Source: Alistipes sp. (GTDB taxonomy: Bacteria; Bacteroidota; Bacteroidia; Bacteroidales; Rikenellaceae). Taken from it: DNA of 64,000 nt. The notes beneath the pieces are model-generated. The model was not told the origin of the DNA and searched no databases. It saw nothing but the letters and a program-made list of their open reading frames with translations. The stretch spans positions 39,406-103,405 of the forward strand of contig JAFQTX010000027.1 of NCBI GenBank assembly GCA_017408825.1. Direction: 5' to 3'. Below are positions 46,629 to 56,788 of this stretch, piece by piece; within the stretch, counting starts at the first letter, position 1, and every line of letters starts with the position of its first letter. The position numbers and the translations under genes were made by a program.

Positions 46629-48752
46629 ATGTCGGGTGTGCTGGCTCGAGATATAAAGTTTGTAGGTGGTGTCGGCGAACTACGTGCCAAGGTCCTCGAG
46701 CGTGAGGCTGGTGTACGTACCATCGGCGACCTTCTTATGCGCTTTCCCTATCGCTATATCGACCGCACACGACATATCACACTCAGCGAGGTCGATGAGT
46801 CGATGGAGAGCACCTATGTGCAGGTTCGCTGTCGCCTTGTCGGCAAGTCGTATGTTGGCGAAGGGCCACGTCGCCGATTTGTTGTCGAGGCCTTAGATGG
46901 CACAGGCTCTGCCGAGCTGCTGTGGTTTCAAGGTGTCAAGTGGATAGAGAAGCGCATCGAGATAGGGCGTGAGTATATCATCTTTGGTCGTCCGTCGCTC
47001 TATCGTGGCCGTGTCAGCTTCGTGCATCCCGAGATTGAGAGTGTTGAGCAGGCTCTCTCTCGCAAGCAGGAGAGCGGCTTTCAGGGTATCTATCCATCCA
47101 CCGAAAAGTTGTCGCAGTCGGTGCCTATAAAGGCGATGCAGACAATCATCACCAACGCCTGGCAGATAGCCTCGACCGACCCGTCGGCCTTTGCCGATCC
47201 ACTCTCGGAGCAGCTACGCCGCCGCTATGGCCTTATCTCGCTACGTGAGGCGATATATAACATCCACTTTCCGCAGTCACAGGAGCTGCTACGTCAGGCG
47301 CAGTATCGTCTAAAGTTCGACGAGTTGCTGGGTGTGCAGCTAACCATTCAGGCACGACGTACTGAGCGCCATACACGTAACAACGGATTTCTGTTTCCTC
47401 GTGTAGGTGAGCACTTTAACACCTTCTACCACCATAAAATACCCTTTGCTCTTACGGGCGCACAGCAGCGTGTTATCAAGGAGATCCGCTCCGATATGAT
47501 CTCGGGTCGCCAGATGAACCGTCTGCTTCAGGGTGATGTGGGTAGCGGCAAGACCATGGTGGCCTTTATGACCATGCTTCTGGCCGTAGATAATGGCTTC
47601 CAGGCCTGCATTATGGCACCTACGGAGATCCTTGCCCGCCAACACTACGCCTCGATGCAGCGCTTTGCCGAGGGACTTGATGTGCGTGTGGCGATACTCA
47701 CAGGCTCTTCGAAGGCCAAGGAGCGTCGCTTGTCGCTCGAGGGTATTGCCTCGGGTGAGGTAGATATACTCATTGGTACTCACGCTCTTATCGAGGATAA
47801 GGTACAGTTTGCGAACCTCGGCTATGTGGTCATCGACGAGCAACACCGCTTTGGCGTGGAGCAGCGTGCCAAGCTCTGGACAAAGAACCAACAGCCACCC
47901 CATATCCTCGTGATGACTGCCACCCCCATCCCTCGAACCCTTGCGATGACCCTTTATGGTGACCTTGAGGTCTCGGTCATTGACGAGCTGCCCCCAGGCC
48001 GACAGCCTATACGCACCTACCACTACTACGACTCTTCACGTCTGAAGATGTTTGGCTTCCTGCGTGGCGAGATTGCCAAGGGGCGTCAGGTATATATCGT
48101 CTATCCGCTTATCAAGGAGTCTGAGAAGATGGACTACAAAGATCTATACGATGGCTTTGAGTCTATATCACGTGACTTTCCACTGCCCGACTACCGTATT
48201 GCGGTGTGTCACGGCAAGATGAAGCCCGAGGATAAGGATGCCTCGATGGCGCAGTTCAAGAGTGGTGAGGCCGACATTATGATTGCCACCTCGGTCATAG
48301 AGGTGGGCGTTGATGTACCCAATGCTACGGTTATGGTCATTGAGTCGGCCGAGAGGTTTGGCCTCTCGCAGCTCCACCAGCTACGTGGCCGTGTGGGTCG
48401 TGGTGGAGAGCAGTCCTACTGCATACTTATGTCGGGCGAGAAGCTATCGAAGGAGGGACGTGCACGTCTCGAGGCTATGTGTGCTACCAACGATGGTTTC
48501 AAACTCTCGGAACTCGACCTTAAGTTGCGTGGTGCGGGCGATATCCACGGCACGCAGCAGAGTGGCGATGCCTTTGAACTTAACATCGCAAACCTCTCGA
48601 CCGATACCCAGATTATGCAGCTAACGCGCGATGAGGCACTTAACATCCTTGCACAAGACCCAAAGCTTGAGCACCCCGAAAATGTGCTGTTGCGCCAGCT
48701 TCGTGACAAGCATTGCAAGCGCGAGCGCATAGATTTTTCTGACATTTCGTAA
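46629..48752 (+). CDS. recG: ATP-dependent DNA helicase RecG
   Basis: RLLQGDVGSGKT, DEQHRFGV, MTATPIPRT, QLHQLRGRVGRG. Confidence 0.97.
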   Translation: MSGVLARDIKFVGGVGELRAKVLEREAGVRTIGDLLMRFPYRYIDRTRHITLSEVDESMESTYVQVRCRLVGKSYVGEGPRRRFVVEALDGTGSAELLWFQGVKWIEKRIEIGREYIIFGRPSLYRGRVSFVHPEIESVEQALSRKQESGFQGIYPSTEKLSQSVPIKAMQTIITNAWQIASTDPSAFADPLSEQLRRRYGLISLREAIYNIHFPQSQELLRQAQYRLKFDELLGVQLTIQARRTERHTRNNGFLFPRVGEHFNTFYHHKIPFALTGAQQRVIKEIRSDMISGRQMNRLLQGDVGSGKTMVAFMTMLLAVDNGFQACIMAPTEILARQHYASMQRFAEGLDVRVAILTGSSKAKERRLSLEGIASGEVDILIGTHALIEDKVQFANLGYVVIDEQHRFGVEQRAKLWTKNQQPPHILVMTATPIPRTLAMTLYGDLEVSVIDELPPGRQPIRTYHYYDSSRLKMFGFLRGEIAKGRQVYIVYPLIKESEKMDYKDLYDGFESISRDFPLPDYRIAVCHGKMKPEDKDASMAQFKSGEADIMIATSVIEVGVDVPNATVMVIESAERFGLSQLHQLRGRVGRGGEQSYCILMSGEKLSKEGRARLEAMCATNDGFKLSELDLKLRGAGDIHGTQQSGDAFELNIANLSTDTQIMQLTRDEALNILAQDPKLEHPENVLLRQLRDKHCKRERIDFSDIS

Positions 48753-48802
48753 TAGTAGCAAAGAAAATACGTTATATTTGCAAAAAAATAACCCATTATC
48801 AT

Positions 48803-50158
48803 ATGGCACTAATTAGATGTAAGAGTTGTAATAACCCCATTTCAAGTCGTCTTACGACCTGTCCATTCTGTGGTGCGGCGATCACCCCCGGTGCTGATAC
48901 TGCCGAGGGCAATGCTCCAGCTGCAAATACTATCAACGATGCACAGGCAACACCCGTCAAGACCCTTAACGAGATTCTTGCGGAGCGTAAGGCGCAGCCC
49001 ACAACGATCAATGAGAGTCACACACAGCCAGAGCCGGTAGCCGAGCCTGAAGTTGCTAATGGTGAGGATGTTGAGGCGAAGGATGAGCCTGTCGTAGAGC
49101 CAAATCCCGAGTCAAACCCTGAGCCCGTAGCACCTGAGAAACCAGCCACTCCAGCTACTCCAGTCGCTCCAGTTACACCCGTTGTCCCTACTCCACGCTA
49201 CGACGATTATGATGGTGGATACGACCGTGATGAGCGCAATATGGATGATCTCGAGGCCGAGGTTGTACGCTACAAGCGCTCGTCGTCGGGCTTCCTTATC
49301 GTGGCTATCGTACTGCTCATCGCACTTGTGCCACTCACCATCTTTGCCGTTAAGAACTATGGCAAGGTGAAGAGCATCGAGCAGGATTATGCTCTGCTTG
49401 AGTCGGCACGTAAGCTCTTCGAGGAGCAGAATAGTATGCTTCAGCGTGATGCCGAGACTCTGGTCGAGGAGCTCGAACAGTATAAGAGCAAGAACGATAC
49501 TATGATGCAGAAGTATCAGGAGGCTGTGGTTATGCTCGAGCAGTTGCAGAAGGAGAAGACCTACAACTATAACCAGCTGGCTAAGTATCGTCGTGAGGTA
49601 GATATGCTCAAGGGAGTAATGAAGGGCTATGTGCGTCAGATTGACTCGCTGAACAATATCAACAGCGACCTTACGGCTAAGAATAAAGCCTACGAAAAGG
49701 AGCGTACGACATTCCGTGAGCGTGCCGAGAAGGCTGAGGAGAAGGCCGAGGAGCTAAATACCAAGGTGCGTATCGGCTCGGTTATTCGCACTGGTGGCGT
49801 ACGTATGGTAGCGCTCAACGACAATGGCAAGACCGTAAGACGTATCAAGGTGGCGTCACGCCTCCGTGTCGATTTCGAGCTCACGGCCAACGAACTTGCC
49901 GAGCCTGGCGAGAAGACCATCTACGTATGTATCACCGACCCTGAGGGTTTTGCGCTATCGCCTATCGACAAGATGATCCCATTCACCTTCGAGGGTGAGA
50001 GTCGTGCAGCCTCGGCTATGCGTAAGGTGAGCTACGAGAATGAGTCGGTGCCTGTGAGCATCTTCTACGATGGCTCAGCCTTCCAGAAGGGTACTTACAC
50101 CGTGGATATATATATCGATGGTCGTCACTGTGGTAGTGGTAGTACCTACTTCGACTAA
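48803..50158 (+). CDS. Zinc-ribbon / Pro-rich linker / TM / coiled-coil protein
   Basis: CKSC..CPFC; PAT/PVT repeats; one TM helix; long heptad region; beta-rich C-terminal domain; TATATTTG promoter at 48773-48780. Confidence 0.65.
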   Translation: MALIRCKSCNNPISSRLTTCPFCGAAITPGADTAEGNAPAANTINDAQATPVKTLNEILAERKAQPTTINESHTQPEPVAEPEVANGEDVEAKDEPVVEPNPESNPEPVAPEKPATPATPVAPVTPVVPTPRYDDYDGGYDRDERNMDDLEAEVVRYKRSSSGFLIVAIVLLIALVPLTIFAVKNYGKVKSIEQDYALLESARKLFEEQNSMLQRDAETLVEELEQYKSKNDTMMQKYQEAVVMLEQLQKEKTYNYNQLAKYRREVDMLKGVMKGYVRQIDSLNNINSDLTAKNKAYEKERTTFRERAEKAEEKAEELNTKVRIGSVIRTGGVRMVALNDNGKTVRRIKVASRLRVDFELTANELAEPGEKTIYVCITDPEGFALSPIDKMIPFTFEGESRAASAMRKVSYENESVPVSIFYDGSAFQKGTYTVDIYIDGRHCGSGSTYFD

Positions 50159-50167
50159 AAGGAAAAC

Positions 50168-50343
50168 GTGTATAAAAAGGGTATTTTGTCGTTATACAAA
50201 CTCAGAGGGCTCCTCACATACGTTCAGTATGCTGCGGGCCCTCTGAGGTTTTTTAGGCGTGAGTTTAGTGAATTTAGGGAGATTAAGGAATGTGTATCTT
50301 TACCCCTCCCTAAACTCTTTAATCTCCTTACGCTCTCCCTAAC
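50168..50343. repeat. Composite repeat: MITE-like hairpin plus inverted array of 9-nt units
   Basis: ATAAAAAG..TATTTTGTCGTTAT shared with the 4601 element; core CTCACATAC-GTTCA-GTATGCTGCGG; then GAGTTTAGT GAATTTAGG GAGATTAAG ... CCTAAACTC TTTAATCTC. Confidence 0.75.
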
Positions 50344-50352
50344 CAAAATCCT

Positions 50353-51507
50353 CTACATCTCCACCTTAAACTTGCGGCCAAAGCGGTCGGTGGCAGTAAT
50401 GGTAATATGGCTATTTGGCGCTGTGCGGCGACAGCGGAAATAGTGGTTGTTTGGTCGTCCCGAACGACGCAGGCGCTGCATTATAACCTCGTCGAAATCA
50501 GCCTCATTCTCTACGTAGTGTGTGTAGCCAGGATCGACGATCTCAATCTGCTCCATACTACCCATATTATTGCCATTTTCTGCCCATTCAACACTCCACT
50601 CTTTATCCCAGCCAATCACCTTGATTACCACATACTCCTCGTGGCCCTTGACCTCGCCCTCGCTCCACGTGATAAGCTGCTTGTCGGCCGACTCGCCAAG
50701 AAGTCGATGATGCCAGCTCCACTCGCCGTTGCGCTCCTCGATACAGAAGACGCCTCGTGGCGTTCCATCGGCACATATCGGCGCATACCATAGGTTGCCA
50801 TTCACCTGTGCCACGCTGTGCTCGATAATATTCGTGGCGATATCCACGGTGTTGTGGCGATGGCAATGTCCCGTGATAAAGTGTAGCGCGTGGCCCTCGC
50901 TAAGGCGTATTAGGCGTCTGGCATAGCGCAGTGGAGTGCCGCTGCTTATGTTGCTGGCTGGAGCGTGCATACATATCGCTATGCGCTGATTGTCATCTAC
51001 CTCTGCGGCTATCTGCTTGAACCACTTGCGCTGCTTGCGGTCGAGTCCTATGGTGTAGTTTTCGTAGCTTTTGTAGAGGATGTTATCCATTGCAATGAAG
51101 AGGGTGCTGCCGAGTGTGAAGGTGTAGTACTTAGGTCCGAAAGTGTCGATATAATCCTGCTCAGCACCCTGTCTATCACACTTCACCGCACGGTTGTGAT
51201 CGTGGTTGCCCATTACTGCATATACGGGAACGCCCAGCCTCTCAAACATCTGCTTGACACGTGGTAAAAACTCCATTGTGTCCCACACTACATCACCCGT
51301 AAGGAGTATGGCTGTGGGATAGCCCGTGGCCTTATACTCTTCGACAATAGAGCCAATCTTGGGGATTATATCTTGCTCAAGATTAGCTATTTGTGCCTCG
51401 GTCTGAGGCTGTGGGTCACCCACGACAATAAGGTTGAAACCTTGCTCTTGTGCCCACGCTATCGTGTGGGCAACGACCAAAACTAAAAGGGCAAAAAATC
51501 TTCTCAT
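50353..51507 (-). CDS. Exported calcineurin-like metallophosphoesterase
   Basis: GDPQ, GDVVWD, GNHD, HAP, GHCH; signal peptide. Confidence 0.9.
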   Translation of the reverse strand: MRRFFALLVLVVAHTIAWAQEQGFNLIVVGDPQPQTEAQIANLEQDIIPKIGSIVEEYKATGYPTAILLTGDVVWDTMEFLPRVKQMFERLGVPVYAVMGNHDHNRAVKCDRQGAEQDYIDTFGPKYYTFTLGSTLFIAMDNILYKSYENYTIGLDRKQRKWFKQIAAEVDDNQRIAICMHAPASNISSGTPLRYARRLIRLSEGHALHFITGHCHRHNTVDIATNIIEHSVAQVNGNLWYAPICADGTPRGVFCIEERNGEWSWHHRLLGESADKQLITWSEGEVKGHEEYVVIKVIGWDKEWSVEWAENGNNMGSMEQIEIVDPGYTHYVENEADFDEVIMQRLRRSGRPNNHYFRCRRTAPNSHITITATDRFGRKFKVEM

Positions 51508-51594
51508 AACCGATACTAAAAAGTGTTAAATCACCCTCCTTTGAGGACTCTGTTAGTATTCGAGGCTCTTTGAGTAGGGCCATCGTAACGTAGG

Positions 51595-51654
51595 CAAAGG
51601 TATGAAAAAAATCTCTCACGTACGTGCGCATATGAGAAATTTTTTATACCTTTG
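51595..51654. promoter_or_regulatory. Back-to-back divergent promoters
   Basis: TACCTTTG on the minus strand (51595-51602) and the plus strand (51647-51654). Confidence 0.7.
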
Positions 51655-51661
51655 TGGGGTT

Positions 51662-53569
51662 ATGGAAAATTTTGTAGTATCAGCACGCAAGTATCGCCCT
51701 CAGACCTTTGCTTCGGTCGTGGGGCAGCGACATATCACCTCGACTCTGAAGAATGCCATTGAGCGTGGCCAGCTGGCACACGCCTATCTGTTCTGTGGCC
51801 CCCGAGGTGTGGGTAAGACTACCTGCGCACGTATCTTTGCCAAGGCTATCAACTGTCTAAATCCCCAGTCGGGAGAGGCCTGTAACGAGTGTGAGTCGTG
51901 CCGTTCGTTCAACGAGGGACGCTCGCTCAATGTTCACGAACTTGATGCGGCGTCGAACAACTCGGTAGATGATATCCGCAACCTCATCGAGCAGGTGCGC
52001 ATCATCCCGCAGCAGGGTCGTTACTCGGTATTTGTCATCGACGAGGTGCATATGCTCTCGGCCTCGGCCTTCAATGCCTTCCTTAAGACCCTTGAGGAGC
52101 CACCACGCCACGCTATATTTATCCTTGCCACGACAGAGAAGCATAAGATTATCCCAACGATATTGTCACGTTGCCAGATCTACGACTTTAACCGTATTCG
52201 TGTTGAGGATGGTGTTGAGTATCTACGTCACATCGCCTCGCAGGAGGGTGTCGAGGCCGACGATGAGGCGCTTAACCTTATCTCGCATAAGGCCGATGGT
52301 GGTATGCGTGATGCCCTGTCGATGTTCGACAAGGCGGTGTCGTTCTGTGGCGCTAAACTCAGCTATAAGGATGTGGCGGCAACGCTTAATGTCCTCGACT
52401 ACGACACATATTTTAAGGCCACCGATCTGCTGCTTGAGGGCCGTTATGTCGATACGTTAATGCTCTTCGACGAGGTGCTCTCACGAGGCTTCTCGCCACA
52501 GGTGTTCACCTCGGGTCTCAATGCCCATATGCGTGATCTGCTTATGGCCAAGGGCCCTGCGATATCGCTTGTGGAGTTCACCGGAACACTTATCGAGCGC
52601 TATCGTGAGCAGGCGGCACGATGTGCTGAGAGCTTCCTGTTTAATGCTATGTCGCTACTCACGGAGGCTGATGGGAAGTTGCGACAGTCGTCAAATCAAC
52701 GTCTGTTTGTGGAGCTGGGACTTATGAAGATTGCGGGTCTCGGCCAAAAAAAAAATGACGAGGTAGCAACGCCTACATTCGATACCGATATTCCGCTTCC
52801 GGAGCTTGTTGTGGCGGCAGCATCGCCCGCAGTGCAGAGTGCTCCAAAGGTAGTACCTCAGCCAGAGCAGCAACCCGTGGCATCGCCCGTGGTGAGAGAG
52901 GTGGGGGCATCGCCCGCATCACAGCCTGCAACGCAGAGTGTGCAACCCGCAACACCCGCAACGCAGCCCGCAATGCAAAGTGTGCAGCCCTCAGCACCCG
53001 CAGTACAGCCCGTAGTGCAGAGCGAGCAAACCGTAACGCAATCTGCGCAGCAGCCTGGGCAGCACGTTGAGTCACCGACGATGCGTCGTTCGGCGACACG
53101 ACCTCCCCGCAAGAGTGTCTCGATAACCAGTATGATGGGTGGAGAGGCTAAGACCGCTTCGGAGATTGTTGAGGAGGCAGCGGCTGCGGCGGCATCTAAA
53201 GTGGTGATGGATGGATTAAGCGAGCAGAAGCTGACAAATGCCAAGGAGGCGATTATCGAGCGACTGAGCACAACGGGTCGTATTCGCTATGTGCCAGTAT
53301 TCGATACGATGCGTGCCGAGGGTAATAGGGTAAAACTCACGGTGGCATCACGTGAACTCTTCGAGGAGATGATGCGAGATCAGCTTACGTGGCTCAACGA
53401 GATTGCCCAGATAGCAAAGATCAACGGAGCACTGGAGTTCGACATCGAGATTAATGAGGCCATACGTGTGGCACGACCCATAACCATCGAGGATCGTCTG
53501 AAGTATCTTGTGACAAAGAACGACCGACTCCGAGATATGATTGAGCAACTTGCCCTTGATGCCGAGTAA
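51662..53569 (+). CDS. dnaX: DNA polymerase III subunit gamma/tau
   Basis: ARKYRP, GPRGVGKTT, CNECESC, DAAS, DEVHML, SRC, GGMRDALS; start at 51662 given the promoter position. Confidence 0.96.
   Translation: MENFVVSARKYRPQTFASVVGQRHITSTLKNAIERGQLAHAYLFCGPRGVGKTTCARIFAKAINCLNPQSGEACNECESCRSFNEGRSLNVHELDAASNNSVDDIRNLIEQVRIIPQQGRYSVFVIDEVHMLSASAFNAFLKTLEEPPRHAIFILATTEKHKIIPTILSRCQIYDFNRIRVEDGVEYLRHIASQEGVEADDEALNLISHKADGGMRDALSMFDKAVSFCGAKLSYKDVAATLNVLDYDTYFKATDLLLEGRYVDTLMLFDEVLSRGFSPQVFTSGLNAHMRDLLMAKGPAISLVEFTGTLIERYREQAARCAESFLFNAMSLLTEADGKLRQSSNQRLFVELGLMKIAGLGQKKNDEVATPTFDTDIPLPELVVAAASPAVQSAPKVVPQPEQQPVASPVVREVGASPASQPATQSVQPATPATQPAMQSVQPSAPAVQPVVQSEQTVTQSAQQPGQHVESPTMRRSATRPPRKSVSITSMMGGEAKTASEIVEEAAAAAASKVVMDGLSEQKLTNAKEAIIERLSTTGRIRYVPVFDTMRAEGNRVKLTVASRELFEEMMRDQLTWLNEIAQIAKINGALEFDIEINEAIRVARPITIEDRLKYLVTKNDRLRDMIEQLALDAE
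52746..52758 (+). other. A10 run followed by TGA: candidate slippage/frameshift site producing the gamma subunit
   Basis: GGC CAA AAA AAA AAT GAC GAG GTA G; both shifted frames stop almost immediately. Confidence 0.7.
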
Positions 53570-53629
53570 TGGGTGGTTGCTGGCTTAGAACAAGTTGGAA
53601 AACGAACAAATAAGAGAATAAATAAGAGT

Positions 53630-54922
53630 ATGAAAGATTTTATTAAAGAGCTTGAGTGGCGTGGCATGATCCATACCGTGATGCCTGGTGCTGAGGAGGA
53701 ACTTAAGAAGGGTATGGCTTCGGCATACCTCGGTATCGACCCTACGGCCGACTCGCTACATATCGGACACTTGGTGGGTGTTATGATTTTGAAGCATTTC
53801 CAGATGTGTGGTCACCGCCCCATCGCCCTTATCGGTGGTGCTACGGGTATGATTGGCGACCCCTCGGGTAAGTCGCAGGAGCGTAACCTCCTCGACGAGC
53901 CTACGTTGCGTCACAACCAGGAGGCGTTGAAGCGCCAGCTGTCGAAGCTCCTCGACTTCGAGTCGGAGGCCGAGAACAGGGCTATCCTTGTGAACAACTA
54001 CGACTGGATGAAGGAGTTCTCGTTCCTCGAGTTTGCACGTGACATCGGCAAGTGTATCACCGTGAACTATATGATGGCTAAGGACTCTGTGAAGAAGCGC
54101 TTCAATGGCGATGGCGACGGAATGTCATTTACGGAGTTTACCTACCAGCTACTTCAGGGCTACGACTTCTTGCACCTCTACCAGACCGAGGGGTGTAAGT
54201 TCCAGCTTGGTGGCGCTGACCAGTGGGGTAACATCACCACAGGTACAGAGCTCATTCGTCGTAAGCTTGGCTCTGAGGCTGAGGCCTTTGCCATCACCTG
54301 CCCGCTGATCACCAAGGCTGATGGAACGAAGTTTGGTAAGACCGAGAGTGGTAACGTATGGCTCGATGCCCGCTACACCTCGCCATATAAGTTCTACCAG
54401 TTCTGGCTCAACGTAAGCGACGAGGATGCTAAGCGCTATATCAAGATCTTCACACTTCTCGATCGTGAGACCATCGAGCGCCTCACTGCCGAGCATGACG
54501 CTGCTCCACACCTCCGCATCCTGCAGAAGCAGCTTGCCGAGATTCTCACCGAGACTATCCACTCTCGTGAGGAGCTTGAGAAGGCTCAGGCCGCAAGTGG
54601 CATCCTCTTTGGCAATGCTACGTCGGAGGCTCTTCGCTCGTTGGACGAGGCAACACTGCTTCAGGTGTTTGAGGGTGTGCCACAATTCACTATCTCACGT
54701 GATAATCTTGACAAGTCATTTGTAGACATCATTGCCGACATATGCAAGGTATTCCCATCTAAGGGCGAGTGCCGCAAGATGGTGCAGGGTGGTGGCGTGC
54801 AGCTTAACAAGGAGAGGGTGCAGGATGCTATGCGTACTGTGACCGAGGCCGACCTCATCGCTGGTAAATATCTTCTTGTGCAGCGTGGCAAGAAAAACTA
54901 CTACCTAATCACCGTAGAGTAA
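53630..54922 (+). CDS. tyrS: Tyrosyl-tRNA synthetase
   Basis: [30 protein letters not shown]-terminal S4 domain. Confidence 0.98.
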   Translation: MKDFIKELEWRGMIHTVMPGAEEELKKGMASAYLGIDPTADSLHIGHLVGVMILKHFQMCGHRPIALIGGATGMIGDPSGKSQERNLLDEPTLRHNQEALKRQLSKLLDFESEAENRAILVNNYDWMKEFSFLEFARDIGKCITVNYMMAKDSVKKRFNGDGDGMSFTEFTYQLLQGYDFLHLYQTEGCKFQLGGADQWGNITTGTELIRRKLGSEAEAFAITCPLITKADGTKFGKTESGNVWLDARYTSPYKFYQFWLNVSDEDAKRYIKIFTLLDRETIERLTAEHDAAPHLRILQKQLAEILTETIHSREELEKAQAASGILFGNATSEALRSLDEATLLQVFEGVPQFTISRDNLDKSFVDIIADICKVFPSKGECRKMVQGGGVQLNKERVQDAMRTVTEADLIAGKYLLVQRGKKNYYLITVE

Positions 54923-54932
54923 CGATCAGACG

Positions 54933-55292
54933 ATGAACCCCCTTTATACCATACGCCTCGACGGCATATATGTGCGTGCTTTTCACGGCTGCTACGACCT
55001 TGAGCAGCAGGTGGGCAACCGCTTTCGTGTCGATATTGTGATACGCACTCCGCTGGGTAACCTGCCTCAGAGCGACGATGTTACGCAGGCGGTGAACTAC
55101 CTCACGGTATTCGAGATTGTGGAGCGTACCATGCAGCGCACACAGCGCACCATTGAGGCTGCAGCAAGCAATATCATTGCTGCGATAAGAGAGCAATTCC
55201 CCCAGATTGTTGAGGTGGAGTGCTCCGTGTCGAAGATAGCACCTCCGCTTGGGGGCAAGATTGACAAAGTATCTGTAACGTTAATTGGATAA
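54933..55292 (+). CDS. folB: Dihydroneopterin aldolase
   Basis: AFHGCYDLEQQVGNRFRVD, DDVTQAVNY, KIAPP. Confidence 0.92.
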   Translation: MNPLYTIRLDGIYVRAFHGCYDLEQQVGNRFRVDIVIRTPLGNLPQSDDVTQAVNYLTVFEIVERTMQRTQRTIEAAASNIIAAIREQFPQIVEVECSVSKIAPPLGGKIDKVSVTLIG

Positions 55293-55294
55293 TA

Positions 55295-56782
55295 ATGGCA
55301 CAAGAGAAAACAAAACGTGGTGGCTTTGGCGGTAAACTTGCCGCCATCCTCGCCGCCGCAGGCTCGGCAATCGGCTTGGGCAACATCTGGCGCTTCCCCT
55401 ACATCACTTCAGAGCACGGTGGTGGCGCATTTATCCTCATCTACTTAGGATGCATCCTCTTACTTGGACTACCACTGCTCATCGCTGAGTTCTCGGTGGG
55501 TCATAACTCTAAGTGTAACCCTATCGACGCCTTCTCGAAGATACGTCGTGGCTGGGGTTGGCTTGGCGCTATGGGCCTAATCTCAGTGACCCTCATCATG
55601 GGCTACTACTTTGTGATCTCTGGATGGACGCTCAACTACGCCATCTCAGCGGCTACAAATAGCCTCGGCGGTGACTTTGGAGCATTCTTCACCGACTTTA
55701 CTACCGCAACATGGAAACCACTCATCTTCACTTATCTGTTCATCTTTGCCAACCACTTCATCATCGTTGGTGGTGTGCAGGGAGGTATCGAGAAGGCCTC
55801 TAAGGTGATGATGCCGCTCTTGTTTGTCATCCTTGTCGTTCTGGCTATCTACTCGTTGTGGTTGCCTGAGGGCCGTGAGGCGTTGGGCAATGTGTTTACG
55901 CCCGATTTCTCGAAAGTCACGGGTAAGACCTTCCTCGATGCTATGGGTCAGGCATTCTTCACGCTCTCTATCGGTATGGGCGCTATGCTCATCTATGGCT
56001 CATACTTTAAGAAGGGTACAAAGATCGCAGGCACAGCTATTAGCGTGGTGTCGCTCGATACGTTCGTGGCGCTCACCGCAGCTGTTATCATCTTCTCGGC
56101 AGGCGTTGAGGACCAGAGTGGTATGCAGCTTGCCTTTGTTGCAATGCCTAAGGTCTTCTCGGCGATGCCCGCAGGAAACATCTGGGCTATGCTCTTCTTC
56201 CTATTGTTGGGCCTTGCAGCACTCTCATCGACAATATCTATGCACGAGGCCGTAACATCATACTTCGTGGAGAAACGTGGAATGTCACGTGGTAAGGGTG
56301 CTTGGATTGTAACTATCATCGCCCTTGTGCTTGCCACCATCTGCTCCTTGTCGTTGGGCGACTGGAGTGGTGTTAAGGTATTGGGCATGAACATCTTCAC
56401 GCTGCTTGATAGCTTTACAGCTATTGTCATGCTTCCGTTGCTTGGCATCCTCACCTCTATATTTGTGGGCTGGGTATGGCGCAAGGAGGATATGCGTGCC
56501 GAGCTTACGGCTGAGGGAGGTGTTGATAAGGCTACCTACCCAGTAATCCGCTTCTTGCTCCGCTACGTATGCCCCGTATTGGTCTCTGTCGTCTTTGTCT
56601 TTGGTATCATTGACTTTGTTAAGGGTATCAACGCTGAGCCAGAGGCTGAGCAGACCAGCATCGAAGATCAGAAGGAGATTACACTGAAGGTGCAGGGGGC
56701 ACACTTCAAGGATGTCGATGTCGAGAAGTTCGAGATGACAACCATCACCCCCGTAACAGATAACACAAACAATAAAAACTAA
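55295..56782 (+). CDS. Sodium-dependent transporter (NSS/SNF family)
   Basis: GSAIGLGNIWRFPY, GGGAF, GQAFFTLS. Confidence 0.93.
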   Translation: MAQEKTKRGGFGGKLAAILAAAGSAIGLGNIWRFPYITSEHGGGAFILIYLGCILLLGLPLLIAEFSVGHNSKCNPIDAFSKIRRGWGWLGAMGLISVTLIMGYYFVISGWTLNYAISAATNSLGGDFGAFFTDFTTATWKPLIFTYLFIFANHFIIVGGVQGGIEKASKVMMPLLFVILVVLAIYSLWLPEGREALGNVFTPDFSKVTGKTFLDAMGQAFFTLSIGMGAMLIYGSYFKKGTKIAGTAISVVSLDTFVALTAAVIIFSAGVEDQSGMQLAFVAMPKVFSAMPAGNIWAMLFFLLLGLAALSSTISMHEAVTSYFVEKRGMSRGKGAWIVTIIALVLATICSLSLGDWSGVKVLGMNIFTLLDSFTAIVMLPLLGILTSIFVGWVWRKEDMRAELTAEGGVDKATYPVIRFLLRYVCPVLVSVVFVFGIIDFVKGINAEPEAEQTSIEDQKEITLKVQGAHFKDVDVEKFEMTTITPVTDNTNNKN

Positions 56783-56788
56783 AATATT

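Noticed and set aside
52800-53070. Repeats inside dnaX and in 49100-49200
   Set aside because: Ordinary low-complexity Pro/Gln/Ala/Thr linkers in coding sequence.
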